Below, in pieces: positions 37,525 through 50,930 of a stretch of 64,000 nt of DNA (within the stretch, counting starts at the first letter, position 1; each line of letters opens with the position of its first letter). The notes under the pieces were generated by a model. That model was not told the origin of the DNA. It did no database searches and saw only the letters and a list, made by a program, of their open reading frames with translations. Both the position numbers and the translations under genes were made by a program. Source of the DNA: Eledone cirrhosa. Its lineage: Eukaryota. Location of the stretch: the NCBI GenBank assembly GCA_964016885.1, contig OZ024747.1:64108001-64172000 (forward strand), in the 5' to 3' direction.

Positions 37525-37582
37525 ACTGCCTGATGAGGTCATAGCCATTCAATGGCTATCATCGAAATATATATATAGCAGT
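37525..37582 (+). ncRNA. Minimal type-I hammerhead ribozyme
   Basis: actgc CTGATGA [ggtc atagccatt c aatggctat catc] GAAA tatatat ATA gcagt: 5-bp stem I, long stem II with one C-C mismatch, palindromic stem III, predicted cleavage after 37577. Confidence 0.85.
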
Positions 37583-37623
37583 AAATAAAGGATTATGAGT
37601 TCATGCAATTGACTTATGTTTCG

Positions 37624-37891
<268 letters not shown>

Positions 37892-37974
37892 AAATAGTAG
37901 AAAGGAACAAGATTTTTTCAATACAAAATGTTGAAGAGATTTTTTAGTGAAATTTCAAAGCATTAATTTATTTA

Positions 37975-38010
37975 CAATACCGGTTTCAGCATTAAATGCA
38001 TTGTCAATTG
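37975..38010 (-). ncRNA. Minimal hammerhead with U3-A8 core variant
   Basis: Minus strand: caa TTGACAA t gcat-tta-atgc t GAAAC cg GTA ttg. Confidence 0.65.
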
Positions 38011-39322
38011 CGGATATGCAGAATATTGTTAAGTTGCATATTTACAACTTAACAATATGTTTCTCTATCCTTCTCTTCTAATGGCAGAACGTCAACCAAA
38101 ACACGAAGCACACATATACACACACCCTACATACGTACGAACCCGCATACTCACACAGACGCAAAACTCACGTATACACATAACCAAAAGCATATGTACC
38201 AGAATATATAATATATACGCCATAACATATACAATCAAATATACGTACGAGACTCACAAATTTCACCACATTGCTGTTGGAAAAGGTTTCGTTGTATGTA
38301 ACCTCGCTGATGAGGACCTTCCCACACTAGACCTATCTAAGGTTTTGATGAAGCAACAGCAATAGCAACAACAACAAAAATAATTATGGCAACGGCGTTG
38401 TCAACGAAACACTCTCTGACTTGTGGGATGAACATCAACACTAGAACAGCAGTAATTGCCCGTGTTTACGCTGTTCAACTCCAAGTGCAGTTTGATCAAA
38501 ACAACCTATGGTCAACGATGTTCCAGCCATGTCCATCTCGACATTTTGTATATCCAATGTTTCTTTCCCTTTCTTTATTATCGTAAATATCCAATAACAA
38601 CAAAATGGCCAATATTTGTTAAATCCCAGGATACTAAATTTAGATACAGGAATATATAGCAAAACATCTCACGCAAAAATAAAAATGAGAATAGATAGAA
38701 TTAAATGAAATTGTATAAATTGAAAGACAGTTTCTGGCAGGAAGATACACGTGACAAAATTAAAGTTAATGTGATTAACAAAATGAATAAATCAATGCAT
38801 AATTAGATAAACAAAATAAATATACATATATAACTACTATCGCCCCCTACAGGATGATTAATTAGGACAGACAGAAAGCAGTAGTGTAACGTGATACTGT
38901 ATGTCATCAATATATTAAGGCCTAGGGGGTATAATTTGGGTGTGGTATGGGGAATAGGAAGGTGAGGTGAAGGATGAAGTGGGTGGAGACGTTGATCGTA
39001 ATAAGGGTGAATATGATAATGATGCTGTTGATGAGAGTGATGATGATGAAAATTATGATGGTGGTGATGATGATGAAAATGATGATGACGCTGATGACGA
39101 TGATGACGATGATGACGATGATGACGATGACGACGATGATGACGATGATGACGATGACGACGATGATGACGATGACGACGATGGTGGTGATGATGATGGT
39201 GATAATGGTGATGTTGACGATGGCGATGTTGATGATGATGATGGTGGTGAAGAAGATAATGTTGATGATGATGACGGCGATGACGGTGGTGGTGGTGGTG
39301 GTGGTGATGATAATAGTGATGA

Positions 39323-39500
39323 TAATTGTTTCTACTTTTGGCTCAAGGCCAGCAATTATCCCAGTATATTACTGGTACCTACCTTATTTTATCGACCCCG
39401 TAGGGATGAAAGGCAAAGTGAACCTCGACGGGATTTGAACTCAGACCATAAAGGGGCGTAACTCTATGCTGGAAAGCATGGTGTCCGACCTTCTATCGAT
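39323..39500 (-). mobile_element. SINE family A
   Basis: Reverse consensus match. Confidence 0.9.
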
Positions 39501-39896
39501 TGAAGATGGCGATGTTGATCATGAAGATGGTGGTGGTGGTTAAGATAATGATGTCGATGACGATGATGATGATGATGATGATCATGATGACGATGACGAT
39601 GATGATGATGATGATGATCATGATGGTGGTGGAGATGATAAGGATGATGACAAAAATGATGAAGATGATGACACTAGATGATGACAAATGCGAGGATGGT
39701 GATATCGAGAAATGTGGGTTTCGAAACTTTTAGAATGATTCTGGTGATGGCGGAGGTAATATTTGGTGTTGCTGATGACGAGAAACAAATAGGAAATATT
39801 ACTAGAGTCATTTTTCTGGTAGATATTCTTGGTGAGGTTTCTGTTGGTAACGCCGCAGTGATTAGTTTTACTAGTGGCCTTATTGATTTCTGTTAA

Positions 39897-40085
39897 GGGC
39901 GGTGGATTGGCAGTATCGGTAGAGGGTCGGACGCCATGCTTTCCAGCATAGTTACGTCCCTTTACGATCTGAGTTCAAATCCCGCCGAGGTTGACTTTGC
40001 CTTTCATCCTTACGGGGTCGATAAAATAAAGTACCAGTAATGCACTGGGTAATTGCTGGCCTTGTGCCTAAAGTAGAAACAGTTA
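39897..40085 (+). mobile_element. Young SINE family A, full length
   Basis: 15-bp TSD ttattgatttctgtt at 39880-39894 and 40083-40097. Confidence 0.96.
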
Positions 40086-41724
40086 TTGATTTCTGTTTAT
40101 GTTTTGTAATGATGTTACTGATAGTTGTGATCCTGTAGTTATTGTTACTGTCAGTCGTTGTTGCTGTTTGGTGTATAATGATGTTATTTGTCGTCGTAGG
40201 TGGCGCTGATGGTGGTGGTGGTATTGGTGGTGGTGGTGGTGGTACTGGTGCTGGTGGTGGTGGTGATGGTGGTACTGGTGGGTGGTGGTGGTGGTGGTGG
40301 TGATGGTGGTGGTGGTGGTGGTGGTGATGGTGGTACTGGTCATGGTGGTGGTGGTGGTGGTGGTACTGGTGGGTGGTGGTGGTGGTGGTACTGGTGGTGG
40401 TGGTGGTGGTGGTGGTGGTGATGGTGGTACTGGTCATGGTGGTACTGGTGGGTGGTACTGGTGTTGGTGTTGGTGGGGTACTGGTCATGGTCATGGTGGT
40501 GGTGGTGGTGGTGGTACTGGTGGGTGGTACTGGTGGGTGGTGGTGGTGGTGGTATTGGTGGGGGTGGGGGTACTGGTGGTGGTGGTGGTGATGGTGGTAT
40601 TGGTGGGTGGTGGTGGTGGTGGTGGTACAGGTGGTGGTACTGGTGTTGGTGTTGGTGGGGTACTGGTCATGGTGGTGGTGGTGGTGGTGGTACTGGTGGT
40701 GGTACTGGTGTTGGGGTAGGTGGGGTGGTGGTGGTGGCGACGGTGGTGGTACTGGTGGTGGTGGTGTTGGTGGTGGTGGTACTGGTGGTGGTACTGGTGT
40801 TGGTGTTGGGGTAGGTTGGGTGGTGGTGGTGGTGATGGTGGTGGAGGTGTTGGTGGTGGTGGTACTGGTGGTGGTGGGGTACTGGTGGTGGTGGTCATGG
40901 TGGTCGTACTGGTGGTGGTGGTACTGGTGTTGGGGGTACTGGTGGTGATGGTGATGGTACTGGGGGTGATACTGGTGGTGGTGATGGTGGTACTCGTGGT
41001 GGTGATACTGTGGTGGTGGTGGTGGTGGTGGTGCTACTGATGGTGATGGTGGTGGTGGTGGTACTGGTGGTGGTACTAGTGTTGGTGGTGGTGGTGGTAC
41101 TGGTGGTGGTGTAGGTGGTGGTGCTGGTAGTAGGGGTGGTGGTGGTGGTTGTGGTACTCGTGGTGGATGCGGTGGTAGTGGTACTGATGGTGGTGGTAGT
41201 GATGGTGGTGGTACTGGTGGTGGTGGTTATGGTGTTGGTGGAGGTGATGGTGGTGGTACTGGTGGTGGTACTGGTTGTGATGGTGTTGGTCCTGGTGGTG
41301 GTACTGGTTGTGATGGTGTTGGTCCTGGTGGTGGTACTGGTTGTGATGGTGGTGGTAAAGGTGATAGTGATGATGTTTGAGGACCTGATAGTGTTGTTGT
41401 TGTAGGTGATAGAGTTGTTGTATGTGGTGTGGTGTGGTGTGGTGTGGTGGTGATGTATATTGTTGCTGTAGGTGGTAGAGTTGTTGTTGTAGGTGATGCT
41501 GGGGATAGTGGAGATGCTTTCATTGTTGTTGTCTTCAGCAGTAATGTTATTGGTGGATGTGGTGGTGGTGGTGATGATGGTGGTGGTGGCGTTGAAAGTA
41601 TTTCTAATTAAGTCGATAAGGCGCTGATGATGATGATGATGAAGATGATTATTATTATTATTATTATTACGATGGTAACTGTAATTTAGTTTTAGCAAAA
41701 GCGACGATGATGATAGTTACATTA

Positions 41725-41760
<36 letters not shown>

Positions 41761-41854
41761 GCAATAGTGATGGCGACGACGACGACGACGACGATGATGA
41801 TGATGATGATGATGATGTTAGCAAAAGCGACGATGATGGTAGTTACATTAATGC

Positions 41855-41907
<53 letters not shown>

Positions 41908-42314
41908 GCAATAGTGATGATGACGATGATGATGATGATGATGATGATGATCGTGATGATGATTGTGATGACGTTTGTTGATAGCGATTCTGATGCTGAT
42001 GATGATGATATGATAATATGATGAGTGCGATGCTGATGACGACGACTGGCGACTTTGATGACGTTGATGATGACAATGTCAACGATGTTGTAACGATGTG
42101 ATGATGATAGCAGATAATGGTGATTATGCAAATGATGATGATGATGATGACAATGACGATGACGAGAATGTTGATGATGCCAATGATGATGATATTAGAC
42201 AAAGTGAGGTGGGTGATAATAAATTAAATTATATGGCTTGCTAAGATAAATTTGATTTATTTTACATGAAATAGATTAATCAAATCACTTCTATTTTTCG
42301 ATAACTACTGGTCT

Positions 42315-42322
42315 ATATATAA

Positions 42323-42390
<68 letters not shown>

Positions 42391-42636
42391 ATATATATAT
42401 GTATTTCTATGTCTGTATCCATGTATATTGGCGCATGTGTATGTATGTATGTGTGTTTTAATGAACACATCAGTCTTCATAATACTTTCTGCTTGTATAT
42501 ATATGTGCATTATATACACACACATATACACACGCACACACGTAAGTACGTATATGTATATATATATATATATATATATGTGTATTATGTACACACACAC
42601 ACACCCATATATATACACGCGCACACACATATGTAC

Positions 42637-42672
<36 letters not shown>

Positions 42673-42756
42673 TTATATGCATATATATATACACACATAT
42701 ATATATATATATACATATGTATGTATATATATATATATATAGACATATATATATAC

Positions 42757-42807
<51 letters not shown>

Positions 42808-42856
42808 TATATATACACACATATATATATATATATATAGACATATATATATACAC

Positions 42857-42944
<88 letters not shown>

Positions 42945-43705
42945 ATGCGTGTGTATATGTACATATAGGTGTGTACGTGTGTATGTGATTGTGTGTTTGT
43001 GTGGGTGTGCGATATGGTATATGCGTGTGCGTATGTGTGTTCATAGGCATGTAGGTATGTATAAGTCATATTATAGCTATATAGTTCTATCTAAATATGA
43101 AACGAATTATTGTTCATGTAGCTTCAGTTATATGCAGGCTGTGTATATGCATACATACATACATACATGCACCCACACGAATAATTCCCTACATGCATAC
43201 ATACATACATACATAAATACACAGACAAATAAATACCTACATGCATACATAGATACATAGATACACACAAATAAATACACACAAATAAATACACACAAAT
43301 AAATACACACAAATAAATACACACAAATAAATACACACAAATAAATACACACAAATAAATACACACAAATAAATATATACATAAATACACACACATAAAT
43401 ACCTTCATGCATACATAAATAATTACCTACATGCATACATGCACCCACATAAATAATTACCTACACTCACCCACACAAATAATTTCCTACATGCATACAT
43501 ACCTGCATACATAGATACACACATAAATAAATACATACATACATACACACATAAATACACACACAAATAAATAGCTAGATGCATACATAGATACATAGAT
43601 ACAGACAAATAAATACACACACATAAATATATACATATTTACATACGTAAATACACACACATAAATAAATACCTTCATGTATACATAGATACATACATAC
43701 ATGCA
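42315..43705. repeat. (TA)n/(ATAC)n domain including a 14-bp minisatellite (ATACACACAAATAA)n at ~43261-43374
   Basis: About 8 near-perfect 14-mers. Confidence 0.93.
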
Positions 43706-44120
43706 GGGCACTCAGATGCTCAGATATTCCAACATCATATATGTGTAAACAGTTCAAAGTGGAATCATGCAGATTTAGTTATGTAATGATACACAAACAT
43801 TATGCATTCATACACGCACGATATTTTACACGGTATCATAGCTCAATCGCAAATATCTTTCTCATCTGCCCTGAGGCAAGATACGTAACACTATTTCACT
43901 CAATTCCTTTGTCTCCTAAATAAATATATCCGTTTAACTACGCAACTTAGAGAAGTCTATACATGTAAGAGAAAAATATTGATATTCTACTTCGTGTTGT
44001 CGTTGTTGTTATTGTTTTCGATCTGCTCCAGGTCATCGGTTGAGCAGAGCTATGATCAAAGGTATTCTTCGCAACTGTATACCATACACATATATAAATA
44101 TATATATAAATATATATATA

Positions 44121-44160
<40 letters not shown>

Positions 44161-44238
44161 TATATATTTTTATATATATATATATATATATGCACACATA
44201 CATGTATGTATGTGCGTGTGTGTGTATAAATATTTATT

Positions 44239-44292
<54 letters not shown>

Positions 44293-44302
44293 GTGTGTGT
44301 GC

Positions 44303-44369
<67 letters not shown>

Positions 44370-44371
<2 letters not shown>

Positions 44372-44908
44372 AAAGGATAGAGGTGTAACACACAAGTTAT
44401 AATATATTGGTAAAGGGAATAGAAAATGCTGACAAATTGTTCACAGTGAAAAATAGTTTAATTAGGAATAAGTGAGAATTAGTAATAGTATTGGTTAGTA
44501 TTCAGTTTTGGTTTTTAGTTTTACCGGTTGCGCATTTCTAATGCTTTTCAAAAATAATTTTGAGATAGAGCGTCCGTGATGTTTGCTCTGATCTGATTAG
44601 TTTTGGGAATTCTACCTGTTTTTATGTTAAAAAAGTGGCTCCAGCGGTATTAAAATAAGTTTTGCGCCAATTCGTGTTGCCAAAATTCTTGTGGTCAAAA
44701 CAATTTTGATTGGTCGGTAGAGGTCATGTGAATGTAAAAAATTGATTTTGCGCCAAATGTAGGTTTGTGTCGGCTGACTGAGAAATAAGTCTTTCACAAC
44801 AAATATGTGTGTGTAGTAGTAGTAAAGAGGTTCGTTGTTGTGATAATGGTCAGCAGGGATGTGTGTGCGAACCGCAGCCTGTTGACAGTTCAAATGCCTA
44901 TTAAGACA
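44370..44908 (-). mobile_element. Penelope-like terminal region next to (TA)n with a decayed U3-A8 hammerhead (44519-44554)
   Basis: Minus strand: ttt TTGAAAA gcatt-aga-aatgc GCAAC cg GTA aaa; far boundary uncertain. Confidence 0.5.
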
Positions 44909-45691
44909 AGTGTGTGTGTGTGTGTGTGTGTGTAGCAGAGTAATTCGTGGTAGAGGGATGGTCAGTAGGAATGTGTCTGTAAGTGTGTGGGGGATATTTT
45001 AAAATGTTAAAAGATATTTTTCAGCTCTTGTCTTATACGGAGAAGAGTAATTGATAATATGCACAGAAATTGAACGAAGTCTGCGTTACACTCTCTTCTG
45101 TAACCAGTAAAGTAATCCATGATACATAAAAAAAGACGATATTATTTATAAATTGCGTTAGGAGAAAATTAGCGACGGAAATATATGTATGTTATAATAT
45201 AACGCGCGCTAACCGGAAGTGTTGACAATTGAAAGTTTTAAAGAAGTGAATCTTAAAATAAGCAATAAAATTATCTATATTTAATCAAGAGAAATTTAGT
45301 AGATAAATTATGTAATATTCATTCATTATTTATTCAAAGTAATCCAATTTATTTTATAAACGGGATAAAAAAATATATTCTGGACGCAGTCCCGCACTCC
45401 TTACTTTATTATAGTTAAGATTCCGTTTTTGTATCTTAAAAAAATTCTCTCCGGGGTTCAAGCCTAGGTGAGTTGTTTTAATGGGTCACCAGCAGTGGAT
45501 TATACATGGTAATCGCCCCTCGCCACGACACCGATGTTCTCGAAGAGGAAGGTAAAGACCGAAATAGTTTGACACCAATGTCCATAATTAATAAGTGGAA
45601 GACATCGTGTATATATATATATATGTAGGTTTCTGAGTTGTGTCGGGTTTAGCCACATTTACTAAGTACACTGGTAGAGTGCAGTCATGTT

Positions 45692-45755
<64 letters not shown>

Positions 45756-46018
45756 AGGAAAGAAAAGAAACAGTAGAAAATGCTAAAGGGATTTATTTAC
45801 AAAATAGGGATTTTCGCATTTAATTGTACTGTTTTCAGCTTATAAAGTTTTCAGCGACGGAAGTCTATAATCCAATTAAATTGCATATTAATAAGAATAT
45901 GGAGAAAAAAAATTAGCTTTTATATACATATTTAGGGAGAAAGGTTCAAAATTTTGTCCGTAGCTTTATTTCTTTCGCTCTTAGTGTTGACCTTAGTCTT
46001 ACCAACAGTCGTGGTAGC

Positions 46019-46087
<69 letters not shown>

Positions 46088-46090
<3 letters not shown>

Positions 46091-46166
46091 CCAAAATGTA
46101 AACACACTTTGAATACCTATACCGGCAATATCTATTAGAATGGTGTATACATTTTGGGGGGGACAC
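46088..46166. mobile_element. Very short Tc1/mariner-like MITE remnant
   Basis: gtgtccaaaatgtaaacac / gtgtatacattttgg..ggacac inverted. Confidence 0.5.
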
Positions 46167-46531
46167 AATTATGGGGGGACACAATATATGCGCAATTATC
46201 TCATTGAGTGTTTATCGAGATGTCAAAAGATTATTTAATGACTAACATTTAGCTCGTAATATGAAGTAAAATTCACTTTAGGCCATTAGAACATATATAT
46301 ATATGATGCAACTCCTTTTAACTGTGGACTAAAGTGAATGTTACAACACATCACTCGACAAATATTAGTTTTTAACAACTATTCTAACATCTTGATAAAT
46401 GCTGAATACATGAATGTAGTTATTAACTGAGTAGATGGTAAGAAACTTTTAGATTTTAAGTTATGTCATCAAAATATAAAATTGACTGCTTTTTGTTCAT
46501 ATATATACATACACACACACATATATATATG

Positions 46532-46564
<33 letters not shown>

Positions 46565-46706
46565 GGATAGAAATGATATATATATGTGTATGTGCCGTGT
46601 ACTCGTGTGTGTTTAATATATGTATACATTTATGAAACATTTTTCAGTGACGCGTATGTGCGTGCGTGTGTGGGTTGTGTTTGCATATTTATTTAAATGC
46701 ACTTTT

Positions 46707-46751
<45 letters not shown>

Positions 46752-47081
46752 TATATAATGTTTCCTGCTTTTATTTAAATATATTAACCTCAACAAGTCT
46801 CATTAATCATTCTTGTCTCTCTTTCCTCCATTCTTTCTCCACCAATGATGTGTCTCGATGACTTAGTCTGATTAAGAAACGAAGAAAAATAAAGTCTTCT
46901 ATCACGAAATGATTCTATTTGATAGTTCCCAATAAATATGAATTGATGTTTGTTTTCAACATAATGAAACTAACCTCCAGACATTCGGACGTTTGTTATA
47001 CCTGTCTTTGTATTATTTCAGAAAGAAAATAAGATTTATATTATATATATATATATATGTTCAAAAACATATATCAAGCCA

Positions 47082-47192
<111 letters not shown>

Positions 47193-47536
47193 ATATGTAG
47201 TGATATCTACCTGTCTATTGTAGGCCAATAACGCTGTTATTGCTTGGACAATTCTACATACAGGTATTAAATTAAACGTCCAACGCCATGTAGTCCAGAA
47301 GAAGTGATGTGAGGTCTTGTTTTTGCATAGCATTCCATTGTACATTCTAAACCTGCTTCACACACACACACACACATGTATGTATGTGTGTATGTATATA
47401 TGTTTGTGTGTGTGTATGTATGTATGTATGTTCTTCTGGTTTTATAATTTCACAAATTTTTACCAATAGAGAGAGTCGGTTTATAACATAGACACAAGAC
47501 TCTCTCATTGGAATTTACACAACATCAACTAGGTAG

Positions 47537-47567
<31 letters not shown>

Positions 47568-48002
47568 GGTATGTATGTAAGTATGTATGCATGCATGTGT
47601 AGATATGGATGTTATTGTATGTGTGGATGTGGATGTTGTGAGTTGTATGTGTGCATGTGTATATGCTTTGTATCTGTACATGTGTATATATAGTTATTAG
47701 ATGCAAAAGTTTTTGGAATGTTTTACATATTTTTACTATTCCATTATGTTATCTCTATGCATGTATGTATGTATGTATGTATGTATGTATGTATGTATGT
47801 ATGTATGTGTGTGTGTGTGTGCGTGTGTGTGTTGATGTGTGTGTGTGTGTTGATCAATCAAAACAAATGGTGAAATTTGGAGGTGAAGCATTTGATTGCA
47901 TTAAAGTCGTTTCAGAAAGTTGATCAGGTGAAATCGATAGAGTGACTAAACGATAGTAGTTATGTAACTCCTTATTATTAGTCTAGATATTATTAGTCTA
48001 GA

Positions 48003-48190
48003 GGGTGGTGAATTGGCAGTAACAGTAGAGGGTTGGACGCCATGCTTTCTAGCATAGTTACGTCCCTTTACAGTCTGAGTTCAAATCCTGCCGAGGTTAA
48101 CTTTGCCTTTCATCCTTACGGAGTCGATAAAATAAAGTACCAGTAATGTACTGGGTAATTGTTGGCCTTGTGCCTAAAGTAGAAACATTA
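48003..48190 (+). mobile_element. SINE family A
   Basis: Target attagtctaga occurs twice upstream and once downstream. Confidence 0.93.
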
Positions 48191-48261
48191 GTCTAGAATT
48201 TACAGATGAATCTCACCGCCGCACACATACACACACACACACACTCACACAAACACACGTT

Positions 48262-48301
<40 letters not shown>

Positions 48302-48616
48302 TTTAATATGGCCAAGTGATGAGCCTTCTTACTCTGGAGTTTCACCTCCGCACTGGCAGGATGATCAGACAAGAATATTGTGTGTATGTATTTATGTTTG
48401 AAATTTGTGCTGAGTTGGAAAAACGAAAGCGGTAAGCTTTAATTAGTTTATGCGTAATACGAATCAATTTGACTCTTCCACGACATAAAATATGTGCAAA
48501 TTAATAAAGTGTGTGATTTCCCATTTCAGGGTTATGTTTGTAAAAGTTGTTATTATAACATCTGTTAGGCTGAAGAAAAATCTCTTACGATTAATTATCA
48601 TTTTTTTTGTCTATAA

Positions 48617-49207
48617 GGGCGGTGGATTGGCAGTATCGGGAGAGAGTCGGGCGATATGCTGTGAAACATTGTTCCGGGCCTTTATGATCTGAGTCCAAAT
48701 CCTGTCGAGGTTAACTTTGCCTTTCATCCTTACGGGGTCGATAAAATAAAGTACCAATCACGCAATGGGGTTAATTTAATCGACTTTCCCCTACCCCCAA
48801 ATTGTTGGCCTTGTGCGTATAAAGTACCAGTAATGTACTGGGTAATTGCTGGCCTTGTGCCTAAAGTAGAAACAATTATTTGTGTCTATAAGAGCGTTGG
48901 ATTGGCAGTATCGGTAGAGGTTCGGACGCCATGCTTTGCACAAAAGAGTTACGGCCCTTTATGGTCTGAGTTCAAATCTCCCGCTGCGGTTACCTTTGCC
49001 TTTCATTCTTACGGGGTGTATAAAATAAAGTACCAGTAATACACTGGGATAATTGCTGGCCTTGTGAAAAAGTAGAAACAATTATGTGTGTCTATAACCC
49101 TACCGAGGTTAACTTTGTCTTTCATCCTTATGGGGTCGATAAAATAAAGTACCAGTCATGCACTGGGGTTGATTTAATCGACTTTCTCCTCTCCCCAAAA
49201 TTGTTAG
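48617..49207 (+). mobile_element. Stack of SINE A copies separated by the same target sequence
   Basis: attat(t/g)tgtgtctataa-type sequence at 48608-16, 48875-91, 49081-97, 49209-21. Confidence 0.9.
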
Positions 49208-50269
49208 CATTATGTGTGTCTGTTTTATTGTTTTCCTATCTATTTCACCTTCTCTTTCAAACGACTTTTGCATTTTTGGCAGTAAAAACGGTTGTTGTTG
49301 TTTGTGTTGCTGTTATAATTATTATTGATAAGGCGAAATGTTTATTCTTTGGGATAATTTCTTTCATTGTTGTTGCCATTAATGTTGTTGTCATTGTTGT
49401 TGTTGGTGTTATGTTGTTGAGACAAGTGGCTTGGCGAGATCGTTAGAACGTCGAACAATTGCAATGCTTTGTTTCCGTTCTCAACTTTCCGAGTTTCAAT
49501 ACCGCAGAAGTCTATTAGACATTTCCCCTTCCCCGAGGGTCGATAAATTAAATTAAAATACCAGTAAAATAATGAGGTCGATACAATCAACTTTCTCCTT
49601 TTGCGCAGATTGCTAGACTTATGTCAATTCTAGAAAGAATTATTATCTGAATAACGTAAATCCTATGAACCATCAAGCAGCTAGGGAAAATAAACCTGAA
49701 GAACGTTATATGTGCTACCTTGCGTCGATGTCTTACATACGAAAGTTCCGAAAAACCATTTATATAGTGTTTTAGTTCGATGTTACTATCGAACCGTTTA
49801 TTGATTATTTCGATGTTTCTGAAACCAAACGAAAACAAAATTGGCTGATAGATTCCATTCCATTGAATTTAATCTAATTTTATTGAAATGAATCTAAGGT
49901 GAAAACATACTGAACTAAGAATAACCACAATTAAGTACATTATTTTATTAGTTCATTATGAACAAAACTCATTTATTTGAAGTCATGTTTGTAAATCTTG
50001 TTTCACCTAGAAATGAGTGCAGAAGTCAAAATAGCTTTTTTTATCACCGGAAAATATCTTAGTGAATGCGGCTCTAGCAAAACAAGACAATGTATAAAAC
50101 TTTCTTTTCTTAAAAAAAAAAAAAAAAAAATTATAAAAAAGCAAATTGTTTTTCGAACCATCTGTAAAGAGTAGCATCTGTTCTCCTCTTCTTATTAGTT
50201 ATCACGTTTGTGATGTGACGTTTCTGTACCTGCAGTGTTCGTCTGAACCATTTCATATATATATATTTG

Positions 50270-50522
50270 TGTCTGTGTGTGCCTGTGTCTCTGTGTCTCT
50301 GTCTCTCTCTCTGTGTTTGTGTCTGTGTGTCTCTCTCTCTGTGTCTGTGTGTTTCTTTGTTTCTCTGTGTTTGTGTCTGTGTGTCTCTCTGTGTGTGTCT
50401 GTGTCTGTGTGTGTGTATGTGTCTCAGTGTGTGTGTGTCTGTGGGTTTGTGTGTATGTCTGTGTCTGTGTGTGTGTGCGTGTGTGTGTGTCTGTGTCTGT
50501 GTGTCTGTGCCTGTGTGTGTGT
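50270..50522. repeat. (TG)/(TC) compound microsatellite
   Basis: Direct reading. Confidence 0.92.
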
Positions 50523-50574
50523 GGGGGAGGTGGGGAGTTGAGCAGTTTAATGTACTCGTAATTTTGTCTCACTG

Positions 50575-50930
50575 TGAGCGTATTCAGACGGGTTCAAGTT
50601 GCTGCCAAGGTAAGTAAAGGAGTTCACATAATCCCGATCCCGAGAGAGTGTCAGGATACGATCATTGATGCCTTTAGGGGAAGATTTTAGGGATTTAGAA
50701 ATGTCAGATTTAATGATTGATTGAGGGTCGTTATCTTCACTATTTCCGGTCAAGACGACTGTGTAGACTACATGTCCCATTTTCGATTAGCCAGGGAGAT
50801 GGATTTCACTTCTGGCACATATATCGATATTATATTTATTGAGTACATTGCAGATGAGAGCTGATCTTCGCTCCATATTAGAACTACTGTCCCGGAGTGT
50901 TCTAACATTTCAGGAACAAAACGTTAAATA
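50575..50930 (-). pseudogene. RTE (BovB-like) LINE: endonuclease N-terminus joined by deletion to a post-RT segment
   Basis: NVRTLRDSSSNMERRSALICNVLNKYNIDICARSEIHLPG ... PKGINDRILTL, then [11 protein letters not shown]. Confidence 0.85.

Larger units (their letters stand above)
39010..42200. repeat. Compound (GAT/GAC)n - (GGT)n - (GAT)n low-complexity domain
   Basis: ~3.2 kb of trinucleotide repeats; (GGT)n with GGTACT nodes at 40200-41360. Confidence 0.95.

Noticed and set aside
38270-38365. CTGATGAG with a possible stem and flanking inverted 9-mers
   Set aside because: No GAAA after stem II and no correctly placed NUH; likewise CTGATGAcgaGAAAC at ~39772 has no stem II.
45200-45222. CGCGCG plus ACCGGAAGTG (ETS-like) as a promoter
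   Set aside because: A single motif with no other support.
48608-49221. CRISPR array interpretation of repeat-insert-repeat stacks
   Set aside because: Inserts are SINE copies, the DNA is eukaryotic and no cas genes are present; the analogy is architectural only.
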